Counted from the first letter of the stretch, positions 50,531 through 62,909 are shown. The stretch is DNA of 64,000 nt from Monocercomonoides exilis PA203 (GCA_001643675.2 LSRY02000023.1:1054001-1118000), one strand, 5' to 3'. Made by a program: numbers and translations. The notes: a model not told the origin generated them from the letters alone.

Positions 50531-52311
50531 GAAGGATTGTTGAATTTTAATTTGAACAAACAGAGAGAGACGATGGACGAGTTTGTTGCAATTGGGGACG
50601 CTGTGGAACAGAAATGAACGCAAAAGATATCCTAACTACATTCGACATAACCAATCGGGCAAGTATGTCACGAAAAAAGATGATTTTTGTATTTTGTATT
50701 TCGTATGGTGTGTTTGTGGACGAGTGGGAATCGTGGCTGTATCATTGGCATTCTTATGGATGTCGTATCTCCTGCAGGGGGGCATCGAGATAGCGCCTGA
50801 AAACAACCTCCTTCCGCACTGCTGCTTTGCACGTGCGCACTCCCTCCTCTGATTCTGCTCATTCTGCCTGTGCTCGGCCTCAGGGCTCTTCGAGCGGAGT
50901 ACGCAGGTCAGCCTCGTCGTGCCAGGAAATAAAAGTTCACCTTGAGTGTCTCCTTTGCCAGCTTCTGGCTCATTTTATGTCCCTGCATAAGCGTATGCCT
51001 TTCTTTCTCTGGAGGCAACGCGCACTTTTGTGATTATCCACCTGGTTAACCAGCCGGAGCTGTCGCGTGTGTTTCAGAGGTGGTTATTAGCATTCTTTTG
51101 GGAGAACATCATCACGTTTGACTGGGAAAGAAAGTTGTGATATTCAGATGCTGTTAAAGGGCATCTCATCACAGGGAATGATGGGTTTGTAGGAAGTGAA
51201 AACAGTCGATTTGGGTTGTGATGCAGACCGCTGCAAGTGAGCTGGAGGAGACGATCTTGCAAAGTTTTGATAAGCATGTGCCAATTATGATGTTAAGCAT
51301 TGATCTTTGGTGAAAGAATGGATTGCTCTGAAAAAATATGATTTGAATAAGGATAAAGGAGGAGGAGAAGGAAGAGAAAGGCTTTTGATATCGATGCAGC
51401 GGATATTCGTGGAACGGAGTGAATGCTTTTCTTCATCATATGAAAAAACAAAATTCTTTCAGAAAGCAATTCGACAAACTGTGACAATCAAAAAGGAGAA
51501 GTTGGGGATTGATCATCATTTTCTGGGTGCAGGAGATGTGTTTGATGAGAAAACAATCATGAATATGTTTTTGCTTCAAATGAAATTTGAATTTTTTGCA
51601 TGTTGCAGGAATTAAGAAATAGTGCTTTTGTCTAAAAAAAAGAAAAAGAAACGAAAAGAAAAGAAAAAGAAAAAGAAAAAGATGATGACGAAAGGGGTAT
51701 TTCAACAAATAGAAATGGCCAGGCAAACTGGAGTTTGACAAAAAGAGAAAGGAAAATGTAATTGTGAATATTAATAACAAAACGAAAAAAATACAAACTG
51801 AAAAGTGGAATTAAAGATAAAAGAAAAAATGGAGATACAAAATTCATGCAAAATAAATGTGATGTGGAAGTTAAGCGAATATAAAGCATGAATATATAAA
51901 TTCAAGCAATGCCACTCAAGGAAATGTAATATGCTGAATAGGCAAACGAAGTGAAACTCTTTTTCAACCTTCAAATAAAAACAGCAATATCAAGAAGAAA
52001 TCGTTAGACTGGGAAACAAACACAAACGTTTCAACTGAAAATTGAAGAAAATGCCTTTGTATATCCATGTGTCCATCCATATTTGAGACAGACATTCTCG
52101 TGCACACTCATCTCCACTTCTTCTGTTCGCCTTGCGCAGCACATCAGCTTTGATCAGCGTTCGTCTCCAAACCCTTCCTTTTCATCCCACTCCATCAGAC
52201 CTGAATTCTGCAAATAATCATTTTCCCCTCATAATTCTGTTTCTGGTATCTTGACTGGACAACAATCAAACTGTTTCCATTCTCTGTCCTCTAACTCTCG
52301 CTCTATGCTCT

Positions 52312-55300
52312 CTATTCTTCCAAGCTGCTATTATTGCTCTCTTCGCAGTCACCTGTCTCATATTCAATGTCCACCGCATCAGAAATTGTCATCACAACGG
52401 CACCTGCTGGAAACCTCTGAATAAACTCTCTCTTCAGTATCACCAACGATGGACGCTCCGACGGTGTTTGGAGCATGCAATTCTTCGAGACCTCTCCCAA
52501 CGTCGACTCTTCAGCCATCCCAATCTCCGGTCTCACTCCATTCACAATCTTCTTTCCTGCCATTTCTGCCTCATACTCTCCAAACGGGATCTGCAGCGTC
52601 AAACATTCCCACAACATCATCCCAATCGAGAACGAGACTGATTCCTTTGTTGCTCCAATCTTCTTGTTCATCAGCAACTCGGGCGCTTTCCACCGCAAAC
52701 ACTCATATCTGCTGTCTTCCTCATCCTCAAAGGCCGATGAGGGAAGAGAATCATCATCATCACCATCACTTGCAGATGTCACCACTGTTGATGAAGAGAT
52801 GGATGAGGAATCAGAATCATCAGACGAGAAGTCTGAATGCATCACAATGCAGATCACCATATGTTCTGAAAACAACACAATGTGAGGACTCAGATTGGAA
52901 AGTGATGAAAGAGTATTTTCGATCTCGTCAAATGAATGGAGAGCTCCATTCGCCACCCAGAACAGGATTTGAGCAGCTGTCTGCTCTCTTTGCTGAAGAC
53001 TCCCAATCGCCATTTCTTTCTTCTCATTCCTTCCATGCAATAACATGAACAGAGAATCCCTCAAGTCAACAATCAGCTTTTCATGTGGAGACGAGCATGC
53101 CATGGCATCCACCAGATTCGACATCGATGAGGTGGTTGGGCACAGATCCTCCCCTCTAACAAAAGTGGAATCTGAATCAGTTGAACAAGTGGTTGAAATG
53201 GAAGGTGAAGGCGATCTCTTTCTTGTTTCTTCTTCCTCTTCTTTCTCATCCACTTTCTCCAGCATCCACTCAGGGATCTTGTCTGAATCTCTTCCCAAAA
53301 TATATTCTGTTGAGCCACTCTCAGACAGAAGATGCTCAGATGACTCCGAATGTCCAAGGCTTTTCGCATACACTCTTTTCTTTATCCTCTCCTCATTCTT
53401 CTTCTCTGCCTCTCTTTCGGCTCTTCGCCACTGTTCCTCAGGCGACATCTCCATCGTCATCATCTCAATCAGCTTCGGATCCTTTTTGATATTGTCATTC
53501 ACAATGACTTCAAGTTCCTCTGCTCTTCTCTTTTGTTTTCTCCATCGAACAATAAATATTACAGAAATAATCAGAACAATCAAAAGAATAATTGCCATCA
53601 CAATCACAATAATCGGCCAGATCGATTTCCCTTCTTTTCCTCCTTCAGCAATCCTTTCATCTCCACTTGTTTTGGATTCACTCCTGTTCTTCAGAACGAA
53701 AGAATCAGTGGCTGATGGAGAATCAGCACTCCCAAACAGAATACTCACCCTCACTTCTGCCTCACTCGGCACCCCTTCAACTGTCTTGACAGGAACAGAA
53801 CCATGCACCTCTTCTTCTGATATGAAACCACTTTCATCAAACAAATATTTCTCAACCACTTCCTCATCCCCAACTGCTGCAACGGTCTTGAACGAGAGGT
53901 TGCATGGAAGGAGAACTGATCCTCTGAACACAACATCCACCACCTCCCCTGACTTTTCCGATGACACACTCTCCACCCTCGGGATGAAAAATGGTGATTC
54001 TCTTTCTCCGGCAATCCCTTCCAGTGCGCATCCCTCATCCAATATCCACAAAGAGGTATTGTCCTTCACTCCATCACCTCCCTTCAAGCTCACAACCCTC
54101 AATCTTCCTGAGCCTCCACACAGAATGTTTCTTCGTGCCGATCCATAATTCGCTATCGACGGATTGTTGTTCTCAAATCTCCCATCATATATCTCCACAC
54201 TTCCACCTGACAACGAAAGCCCGCCTTTCTTCGAGTTGCTGATTGTTGTGTCTTTCATCCCAACATTGCTGGATTGAACATCCACAACTGACCCATTCCA
54301 TCTGCACATCTCCTTGAATTCATTTCTGTTCTCGTTTTCATTTTCATCTTCAAGTTCTCCGTCAAATCGACACAGGCTCATTGAAACATCTGTTGAATTG
54401 CTCACCTCCACAACGCTCCCTTTTTCATAGAGAGAATGGCTGTTTGAGCAAGAGCAATTTGAAAGATCTATTTGAGCAGAAGTTGAAGAAACAGAGAGAA
54501 CAGAAGCTCCTTCTGAATTCCTTGAACAGTTGTTGAACGAGGAGCTGACAACAGAAACAGAACCTGAAGTCTTTTCGTTTATTGAAAAGACACAACCCTC
54601 AGATAGACTCACTCGATCAGCTGATATTCCATTGAATACAGCTTCTTTGCATTCAGCAATCTCAAACACATTTGTTGTTGATTCAATGTTTTCCAGCTTC
54701 ATATTTGTCAATGATATCTCTTTGCCACTGAACAGAAATGATGGCTTCTTGAATGAGAGGAATGACGCTAAGCAGTTGTCAATATGAAGAATTCCATTTT
54801 CGATGCTCAGTAATGTTGAATTGAGAACAACAGATTCAATGTTTTCTGATTGGCCAACAGAAGAGAAATCAACAGATGAAAGAGACAGCTGGGCATTTGC
54901 TTCATGGATGATTGAACTTCCAGAATATGAAAATGACTGGCCAAAATCGAATTTCAATTTTTCAATCCGAACAGTCTCTGAGGTTGTGATCAGACTTCCC
55001 TCATTGATATTAATTGTTGAGTTCAGATGGAACAGAGCAGCTGAGGAAGATTGCAATGAGCGGATGATCAAATCCATTGCTTCGCATTCTCCAACAATAA
55101 CTGTCTCCTTCGAGATCAACAGCTGCGAATACGACGAAGGAATGATGTGTTGCACTCCAACATCCAATGATTGGCAAGGCATGCTGAACTCTCCACATTG
55201 CTTGCTATCTTTGTGATTTTCAGAAACGGAAGACACAAATATCGTCTCGCTCAGATATTTCACGACTCTCAGCAGAAGATCTTCTTCTCCTTCAAATGAG

Positions 55301-58300
55301 TCTGTTGTGCAACCCCACACCGCAAGATCCTTCACAAATGGTGCTCTGAAATCCAGCAAGAATTGTTCATCAACAATCTGTGTTTCAATTGAGTGGCATT
55401 GAACATACGCATCTCTTCCCTTCAATGCTGAGTTGTCTTTGAAGGTGATATTTGAGAGAACAAAATTCAGAGGATGTTCAACTGTCGAGGTGCACTCCAG
55501 AAACAGCCACCCGCCTCTTCCTGTGGTGGAACAGAAGCACTCAGAAATCGTGCAAAATGAGCAGTCAAAGTTTCCTTCCTCATTCAACACACAAAACATC
55601 CCTCCACCCTTTCTACACCTCGTTCCACCACACTTCTTCATCGTTGTGTTTCGAATCACCATTTTCAATGGCTCATCATCGTTGTCATTTCGGATGATGG
55701 GAATATCATTTGTTGTGTTCTGGGCAACTTCTTCGAATATACTCCACTCAATAAGAACATCTTGTTCGGCTTCATTTTTTTCTCTTCTTGAACTCTTTAC
55801 TATGCTCAATCCACTTGCTCCATCAAGCTGAACGTCCTTCATCGTCAGGTTTTTCACATTCAATATCGTTGTTGACAACATAGAAATTACATCTTTTGAA
55901 AAGCTGAGTGATTGTATCGTTACAAATTCCAATTTGACTGTGCCCCCATCTGCCTTGATCAGCCCGTAATTCATTATTTCTTCTCTGCTTTCTTCATTTT
56001 TGGTGAATGAGCAGTCTTTCAGAGTCAACAGTCCTTCACTTGAACCAACATGGATCAGAACATTCACTCCACTTGTGAATGAAGATGGAATCACAAACTT
56101 CATCAGTTCGAGATTTGTGATGCCCTGAGTCTTCATTGCTGCTTCATCTCCTCCTTCAATTGAAGAGTGACATTCCAAAGAGCACATGCTGTTCTCATCC
56201 GATTTTAAAGAAACTCCACTCACATCAACACTTTTTTGGAGAACTCCTTTTCCAATGATATTTATATTCTTTTCATTTCCTTCAGGCAGTCGATCCAGAG
56301 AATAATCGATTGATTGGCAAGGATAATCAGAAAGCCCACAAACGCACACATCTTTTCCATCACCTCCAATAAATATTTCAGAACCAAATGTTCTCCAGAA
56401 ATACACCAATGGAATAGCATTTGCTGTGTCATTTCCTTCAAAGCCGCTCATTGAATCCAATGAAATATCTGCCAGATTCTCAGAAACAAATGGAAGAGAG
56501 GCATTTGTGATGCTCTTTGTCAAGTTGGATGATTCAACAAACAGGTCATTTCCATATCTCGCAACATTTGGCTTATCAAAATCAAAAACAGGAGATGATA
56601 TCACAAATGAAGAGCAATCATCAATCAGCTTCAGTGCCATCCCTCCACCGAAGCCAGTCTTCCCTTCTCCAGCTGGTGCTGTGCATCCTGTAAATGTGCA
56701 CGAAACAATATTCAATAGGATATTCCCTTTCAACTGAGCATCAATAGCCCCTCCTCTGCTTCCTTCAGCCAGCACAGAGCATTCATCAAAAATACATTCT
56801 TCAATATTTATATCCGAATTTGAATCTTCATCATCGCTGTTATCGATGCTCAAACAACCTCCATTTCCATCAGTTCTTTCGATTTCTTTGAAATTGCAAT
56901 TCGTCATGTTCAACCATTTGGTGTTCATCAATTCATCCCTTGTGCAACTTCCAGACAAAGAGATCAACGGATTTCCATTCAAGACAATTGATAAAGCTGA
57001 GAATTTGTCGATTGTCAAAATTCCTGATTCAACAGACAAGAACAGAAACGTCAATTCTAATGATGGATTTCGAAGGGAAAGAGAACACTGATTCAAAGTC
57101 AGTTGCGAAGATGATGAAATAAAAGTGGAGTGTGAAGAGAAAGAAGGAGGAAGAGAGAAGATGAGTTTTGATAATTCTGTTTCAATGCTTGTTGTTATCA
57201 TCGCTGAGTTTGATGTTGAACTTGAATCAGAGACAGTCAAACCACTTTGATCATCATTTCCTCTGATTTCATGCTTCTGTTCAGCAAAGGTCAATTCATC
57301 GCTCATCGCAATTATTCCATTCACTTTCACTTTCTTTGTGCCTGTTTGACGTTTGATGGAATGCTTCAAAGTTAAACAAGGGAATTGGACAATTCCACAA
57401 TGTGAGTGATCAGATGCCTCGGTGTTGCTCACATGTATTTCTTCTGGAATGGGGAGGAGATAGATGCACAGAGGGATGGCAACACTGGTGTTTCCATTGT
57501 CGTATCCTCTCACTTTGTCAACAGAATCCAAAGTGGCTGTCACACACGAGATCTTTTGAGGATTGGCGATTGCTTCCAGATTGGGTGAAAAGACAAAAAT
57601 ATCTCTTCCCCACTTGGCTGTGTTTGTGCCAAATGAGGAAGAAATCTGGAAATCTGGATTGTCGTTCATCAATCGAAGAAGAATTCCTCCCCCAAGACCA
57701 TTGGATGTTGAGCAAAAGCAACCATCAAAAGATCCGCCTTTCACTTTCACTTCATTTTCATTCCCAACACAAAGCATCATCAATCCTCCATTTTCTGATA
57801 ATGTGCTTCCACATCCAGAAAATGAACAAGAATTCAGATCGATGTTTGCCTTGTCGTTGGAAAACGACATCACAGCTGCTCCACCGGTTGTTCTCTCAAT
57901 CTCATCAAAGGAACACTCAGAAAGAGTCAATGAAATTCCATTTGCTGAAGAAAGCGAAAACAACGAAGTTGAAGAGATAGTCTTTGTCAAGTTTACATTA
58001 TTCATCTGAAACATCCCATTCTGAACATTTATCAACTCTGTGGTGAATGCTGTTTCTGCTGATTGCTCACTCCCAAAAGATATGTTCAGCGCACTTATCC
58101 TCATCTCTCCTGTTCCAGTAATCTCAAATAGCCTTGAGGCACGATTATTTTCATGTACCGAATCATGCACAAGAATAAGGTCACTGATAATCAAGGTGCC
58201 TGTTGAGACTGAAAAAAGAGATAAGCTTGATTCTTCAAATTCTGTTTGGATTGCTGTGCTCATATCACTTTGGCCATATATTGTGAAAGTGTTGGAACTG

Positions 58301-60060
58301 CAGTCCACACTCTTGGTCTCTTTGATTGTTCCTGTGAGAATCTCGATGTCAGCCACATGGTTAGGAATAAGTTGTGTAAAACAATGGCTGATAGTGTTGC
58401 ATGGATATATTTTGTCCATTCCACACGCATATGTATCAACGGAATTGGGTTCTGTATGCACCGATGAGACAAATCTGATTCTTCCAAAATCGTTGCGAAG
58501 CCATTCGCTGCGATCATCAATTGAGTCATATTTTGTGCTCACTCTATTATCTGTTTGCCTTGTTGTATAGCAACTTGAATCAATGTTGTTTGATGTTGAA
58601 TCTTGGAGAACAATGTCATGTCCTCCTTTCATGCATGTGTTATTGTGGAAAAAGCAATAGAAAAATAATATTCCATCATTGTTTGTATTTATATGTTGGC
58701 TAATAGCGCCTCCTGCTGTCATCGAAAAGCAATTGCAGAAATAACAATTTGAGATAACAACTTTATCCATGGAATTACAATGGACAATTGCTCCTCCTTC
58801 ACCATCATTTGTTCCATTGCATCGACAGTTATCAAAAAAGGAATTAATAAAACATTTTTTCTGTCTTTGAGTTTTTGTTTCACGAATATCAACTGCGCCA
58901 CCATCTTCACCAGAAGAGCAGTTGTTGAACAAGCAATCATCGATAATTGGTTGGACATAAATGCTTTCAATCAGAATCCCTCCACCTTCATAATCTGAAT
59001 TTTTTGCTGCACATGTACATTGAACAAACGTTGTATGGGTCACAATGCACTCTGCAATTTTCAATGCATATATTCCTCCCCCTTTTGTCGAGGAAGCATT
59101 GCATCTCGTGAATGAACAATTCTCAACAGTCAAAATAGCATTTTCATTTTCATGAACATATAGAGCTCCTCCTTGCGGTGCTGTGCAGTCAACCCATTCG
59201 CACAATGAAAACGATTGGCTTTCTGTTGTGTCCATTCGTCGTTTTCTTTCAAGATCATTCATTTCTCTCTTCCCAAAGTTAATTGTTGTGTTTTTGCAGA
59301 TAAACTCTTGTGAAGAATACGATCCACTCGAGATCCCTCCTTCAAAGGCATTCATACATGAATAAATGAGTGTGTTCTCCATTGAACTGGAACAGCATGA
59401 ATGCTCCATTTGGCAATCACTGTTTTTATCGAGCTTCACAGACATGTTCCTGAATGCACAATTATCAATCTGTTCATTTTGGCTCTTTCCAGACAATAGG
59501 AAATAGTCTGATGATGAGACAGCCAGGTCAGCAATGATGGAATTTCTCAAAATGACGGAATTCTTGTGATCAGATGAAATCATGAGACTTCCTGAATAAA
59601 TATTCATTTGAGGAATCACACTCAAGTTTGCCATGTTGATTGATCCGCTTTGGAGATGAAAAGGAGAATCTGACTTTTGGTTGGATATGCAGGAGTCCAT
59701 CATCAGAGTTGAGTATTCTGTTAGAAGCACAAAAGATGATGATGAATGTTCAAGTGCCACATTTTTCAGTCCAACTGTAGAATTGGAGAATCCCAAAAAT
59801 GCATTAATTACTGTCGAAATTCCTGACTGCTGTCTTTCTGCTCCAGATAATATATTTCGTTCAAATAAATAATGATCATTGTTATTTGTATAATAATGCT
59901 CATCTTGTTCAATAATTCGATCCGGATTAATGATGAAATTGTGAAAATAGGTGTTTTTCCGATAATCGTGATTGCTGGATGTGGCAGCTGCAGAGATATG
60001 TTGTGCTTGAAATGTATCTGCAAGGAGCAAGCATGCCAAAAGAAACAAATGCATTCTCAT
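52312..60060 (-). CDS. 2582-aa single-pass receptor-like protein: signal peptide, pectin-lyase/Pmp-like beta-helix ectodomain, TM, degenerate TK/TKL-like pseudokinase
   Basis: N-terminal MRMHLFLLACLLLA. Repeated GGA(L/I/V) and CxFxxC motifs. TM IWPIIVIVMAIILLIVLIISVIFIV followed by RWRKQKRR. Kinase C-lobe LRWKAPELL..SFSIGMMLWECLTLQIPF..GVRP..ERPS. Confidence 0.92.
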   Translation of the reverse strand: MRMHLFLLACLLLADTFQAQHISAAATSSNHDYRKNTYFHNFIINPDRIIEQDEHYYTNNNDHYLFERNILSGAERQQSGISTVINAFLGFSNSTVGLKNVALEHSSSSFVLLTEYSTLMMDSCISNQKSDSPFHLQSGSINMANLSVIPQMNIYSGSLMISSDHKNSVILRNSIIADLAVSSSDYFLLSGKSQNEQIDNCAFRNMSVKLDKNSDCQMEHSCCSSSMENTLIYSCMNAFEGGISSGSYSSQEFICKNTTINFGKREMNDLERKRRMDTTESQSFSLCEWVDCTAPQGGALYVHENENAILTVENCSFTRCNASSTKGGGIYALKIAECIVTHTTFVQCTCAAKNSDYEGGGILIESIYVQPIIDDCLFNNCSSGEDGGAVDIRETKTQRQKKCFINSFFDNCRCNGTNDGEGGAIVHCNSMDKVVISNCYFCNCFSMTAGGAISQHINTNNDGILFFYCFFHNNTCMKGGHDIVLQDSTSNNIDSSCYTTRQTDNRVSTKYDSIDDRSEWLRNDFGRIRFVSSVHTEPNSVDTYACGMDKIYPCNTISHCFTQLIPNHVADIEILTGTIKETKSVDCSSNTFTIYGQSDMSTAIQTEFEESSLSLFSVSTGTLIISDLILVHDSVHENNRASRLFEITGTGEMRISALNISFGSEQSAETAFTTELINVQNGMFQMNNVNLTKTISSTSLFSLSSANGISLTLSECSFDEIERTTGGAAVMSFSNDKANIDLNSCSFSGCGSTLSENGGLMMLCVGNENEVKVKGGSFDGCFCSTSNGLGGGILLRLMNDNPDFQISSSFGTNTAKWGRDIFVFSPNLEAIANPQKISCVTATLDSVDKVRGYDNGNTSVAIPLCIYLLPIPEEIHVSNTEASDHSHCGIVQFPCLTLKHSIKRQTGTKKVKVNGIIAMSDELTFAEQKHEIRGNDDQSGLTVSDSSSTSNSAMITTSIETELSKLIFSLPPSFSSHSTFISSSSQLTLNQCSLSLRNPSLELTFLFLSVESGILTIDKFSALSIVLNGNPLISLSGSCTRDELMNTKWLNMTNCNFKEIERTDGNGGCLSIDNSDDEDSNSDINIEECIFDECSVLAEGSRGGAIDAQLKGNILLNIVSCTFTGCTAPAGEGKTGFGGGMALKLIDDCSSFVISSPVFDFDKPNVARYGNDLFVESSNLTKSITNASLPFVSENLADISLDSMSGFEGNDTANAIPLVYFWRTFGSEIFIGGDGKDVCVCGLSDYPCQSIDYSLDRLPEGNEKNINIIGKGVLQKSVDVSGVSLKSDENSMCSLECHSSIEGGDEAAMKTQGITNLELMKFVIPSSFTSGVNVLIHVGSSEGLLTLKDCSFTKNEESREEIMNYGLIKADGGTVKLEFVTIQSLSFSKDVISMLSTTILNVKNLTMKDVQLDGASGLSIVKSSRREKNEAEQDVLIEWSIFEEVAQNTTNDIPIIRNDNDDEPLKMVIRNTTMKKCGGTRCRKGGGMFCVLNEEGNFDCSFCTISECFCSTTGRGGWLFLECTSTVEHPLNFVLSNITFKDNSALKGRDAYVQCHSIETQIVDEQFLLDFRAPFVKDLAVWGCTTDSFEGEEDLLLRVVKYLSETIFVSSVSENHKDSKQCGEFSMPCQSLDVGVQHIIPSSYSQLLISKETVIVGECEAMDLIIRSLQSSSAALFHLNSTININEGSLITTSETVRIEKLKFDFGQSFSYSGSSIIHEANAQLSLSSVDFSSVGQSENIESVVLNSTLLSIENGILHIDNCLASFLSFKKPSFLFSGKEISLTNMKLENIESTTNVFEIAECKEAVFNGISADRVSLSEGCVFSINEKTSGSVSVVSSSFNNCSRNSEGASVLSVSSTSAQIDLSNCSCSNSHSLYEKGSVVEVSNSTDVSMSLCRFDGELEDENENENRNEFKEMCRWNGSVVDVQSSNVGMKDTTISNSKKGGLSLSGGSVEIYDGRFENNNPSIANYGSARRNILCGGSGRLRVVSLKGGDGVKDNTSLWILDEGCALEGIAGERESPFFIPRVESVSSEKSGEVVDVVFRGSVLLPCNLSFKTVAAVGDEEVVEKYLFDESGFISEEEVHGSVPVKTVEGVPSEAEVRVSILFGSADSPSATDSFVLKNRSESKTSGDERIAEGGKEGKSIWPIIVIVMAIILLIVLIISVIFIVRWRKQKRRAEELEVIVNDNIKKDPKLIEMMTMEMSPEEQWRRAEREAEKKNEERIKKRVYAKSLGHSESSEHLLSESGSTEYILGRDSDKIPEWMLEKVDEKEEEEETRKRSPSPSISTTCSTDSDSTFVRGEDLCPTTSSMSNLVDAMACSSPHEKLIVDLRDSLFMLLHGRNEKKEMAIGSLQQREQTAAQILFWVANGALHSFDEIENTLSSLSNLSPHIVLFSEHMVICIVMHSDFSSDDSDSSSISSSTVVTSASDGDDDDSLPSSAFEDEEDSRYECLRWKAPELLMNKKIGATKESVSFSIGMMLWECLTLQIPFGEYEAEMAGKKIVNGVRPEIGMAEESTLGEVSKNCMLQTPSERPSLVILKREFIQRFPAGAVVMTISDAVDIEYETGDCEESNNSSLEE

Positions 60061-62099
60061 GCGGAATAAAAGTCAACTTTGATTTGAAAAATTGAGTATT
60101 TTTTTATTTGATCAAATAGCCCTTAATATTTGTTTTGAGCACATTTTTAAAGAGTAAAAGCCTTCTTTCGATAAATATTTTGTGGCATTTGGAAAATATC
60201 TGGGGCTCTTCCAAAACATTATTACTTCTTTGGCTGCCTGGAAGAATGAACCAGTATTTGTTGGTGTAGGTGAGGAATTATCAAATCATATCCAGATAAA
60301 AAAATCAAAACAATAAGATGCGAAGTTTGAAAAAATAAGAAATACTCATAAAAAGAAGGGCAAAGATGAGAGTGTGATATGTTTGGATTCATTTTACGCA
60401 TCAAAAGAATCTGCCATGCATTGCTTGCACAGCAATATTAAAACATTGTAGAATTTGAGAGAGATTGAGTTTTTCGGAAATGTTGAATTCTTCATATTTG
60501 TAATGAACAGATAACAAATAAAAAGAAACTCATCAAAAAGAAACATCTGTCCAATAAAAACGTTAAAAAAGTCAAAAATACCGCATCAAAATGCATACCC
60601 TCATAATTACCTTGAAAATGTGTTGTTTCGAATCATCAAGTTTCTCCCTGTCCATTGCAATAAAACAGCAAGTCTTTCTTTACCAGCTGCTCTGATTTTC
60701 TCTAAATATATCAGACAATCAATCTTCATTCAACGCTTTGCTCTTGTTGTTTCAAATGTTCATTCACAGTCTCTTTCTTCCTCTCTTCTGATGCTCAACT
60801 GCTCTCCTCTTTTCAAAACTTCCTCCAATTTTCACAGCATTTCACTGACCAATTCCTCTTTCTCTCCTCCAATGTCCATCTTCTTTCCTTCTTCTCTCTT
60901 TTTTCCTTCTTCTATCAATTTTGAATGCTTCACGAAATTTTGATTTGAAATGTCTTTTTTTTCAACCGATTTGCGGAATTATCCTCCGAAAAAACAGAGC
61001 AGCACTACACAGGAAAATTAATTTCTGGTGGTTTGGGGGAATATTTGAAGAAGATGTTAAGCATGATGATGATGAGGAGAAGAAGAAATCAGTTTGGGGA
61101 GGTTTTATTGTCTGCTGATTGAACAGAAAATAGAACTGAAATAGACGCTTTGCCATTCAGCGAAGGGAAAAGATAAAAAATGGAAATGTAGAAAAAGACA
61201 ACTAAGAAGAAGAAAATGAAGAAGTTTCGAAGAAATACAGAGAAACAGAAAATCGTTGTTTTAGTTGAGGATTACGAGTGAACGAAGGAAAAGTTGGAGA
61301 AAATGAAAATTGGATGACAAAGGAAGATGAAGTGAAGCTGTTGAAGAAGAATGAAGAAATTCATCTTTTGTATTTGAAGCATATAACTCTTCGATCTGTG
61401 TGAGTGAAAACAATCAGAAACCGATGAAATGCTTGGAAGACGAAGGAAAGATGCGATGAATATGAATTGAAGGAGTTTGTCGTTCTTCATTTCAACTCTG
61501 ACGAAGATGGATGAAAAAAGTCGGCATTCATTCAGCTGTGCTAGTGTTGCATGTCACAGTCAGGAAGAAACTCATTCTTCGACGTTCAAGAGGAGAAAGC
61601 CAATGGCACATGCACAAACATACAAAAAGGATGCAATAATAAGCATTCTGTTGAATGATGATGAAGATTGAATAAGTTGATGATCTCCAATTTCTCTTCC
61701 ATTGTCCCAACGCTGAAGGAAATATGTTTCAATATAAAATTGCCTCTTTTTCTCAAAATGGCTGTCCTTTCGAAGAATGAAACCCAAAAGCGGCTGACGT
61801 GAATACTCTTCGATTACCAAAAAATACTTGATAATTGGATGTCTCGTAGTTGGCGTTTCTCCACTCTTTTGAAGCAAAAGCGGAATCAGAAATAGAAATT
61901 CATCGCTATCCATGTCTGCCTGGCACAGTCAGAGAAACAGGAAAACCTTATAAATAAAACTGATATTTGGGGGCTCTCCTTTTTTCCGTCGAATTCTTGC
62001 CTTTTTTGTGATAAATATCCTTCCCTTGATATTGCCGGCCACTTTCCTTGCGAAAAAATACCCCAAACTGCTCTCCCTGCCTTATGCTCCTTAAATTCT

Positions 62100-62470
62100 A
62101 TATAAATTTGTGCAGATTTTGTCCTTCACAGAATTTCATCCATAAATCTTCATTCAAAAAAGCAACAGTCGAATTTATCTTCACCTCTTGCTCCAAACAA
62201 AAATTATGAAAAGTGTGAAAGTTGCACATATTCCTTTATTTCTCAATCGCTATACAATAATCAGCTCCATTCACATCGTATTGCTCTCCAAAGCGGGGAT
62301 TTGCCATTTCAACAATAATTCTGATTCCTGGGCTTTGGAAAGCATACAGATGGAAATATCTTCACAACAAACAAAACAAAAAAAAATTACATACATTATG
62401 TCTTTTTGTGTTATTGATGAAATTGTTGTATTCCCCTTTGCCATCCAATTGACAAAAATCATCAGATAAA
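62100..62470 (-). pseudogene. RCK/TrkA_N-like (K+ channel regulatory domain) gene fragment
   Basis: After a 35-nt GTATGT..AG intron (62360-62394) the frame reads SPGIRIIVEMANPRFGEQYDVNGADYCIAIEK*, matching the P-x-x-RII..GAD-x-x-I RCK pattern. Confidence 0.4.
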
Positions 62471-62909
62471 ATTTCAAATTTTATGCATTACCATCATTTC
62501 TTGTTGTTATCACAGAAAATAATATTTCTAATTCAATAGGTAATGATTGCTCACGAAATTCTCAATCGGTGTATAAATATTCCAGTTCAAAGTAAATAAT
62601 TCGATCATTGCAACCATAACATCAAAGTGAAAAGACAAAGCGTTCTGTATCTTTGTATTTACAAATCGACAACGACAACGCAAGATAGAATGGCGTGAAT
62701 GCATATATTTTTTTGTCTTTTATGGGTTTTTTATATTTCATCAATTTCTCCATTTAAATATATGCGAATTCAATATGAATGATCAAAATTTTGTTGTTTA
62801 ATGTTTTCAACATATTTTCAAAAATACAGGAAACAGAAAACACAAAAAAGTCCACTGGCATGCAATCATAATTGATATATATTACATATGATTCTTTCTT
62901 TTTTCAATT

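Noticed and set aside
60195-61979. Similar motifs ATATCTGGGGCTCTTCC and ATATTTGGGGGCTCTCC
   Set aside because: Short, imperfect, in direct orientation, with no flanking homology to support LTRs or element ends.
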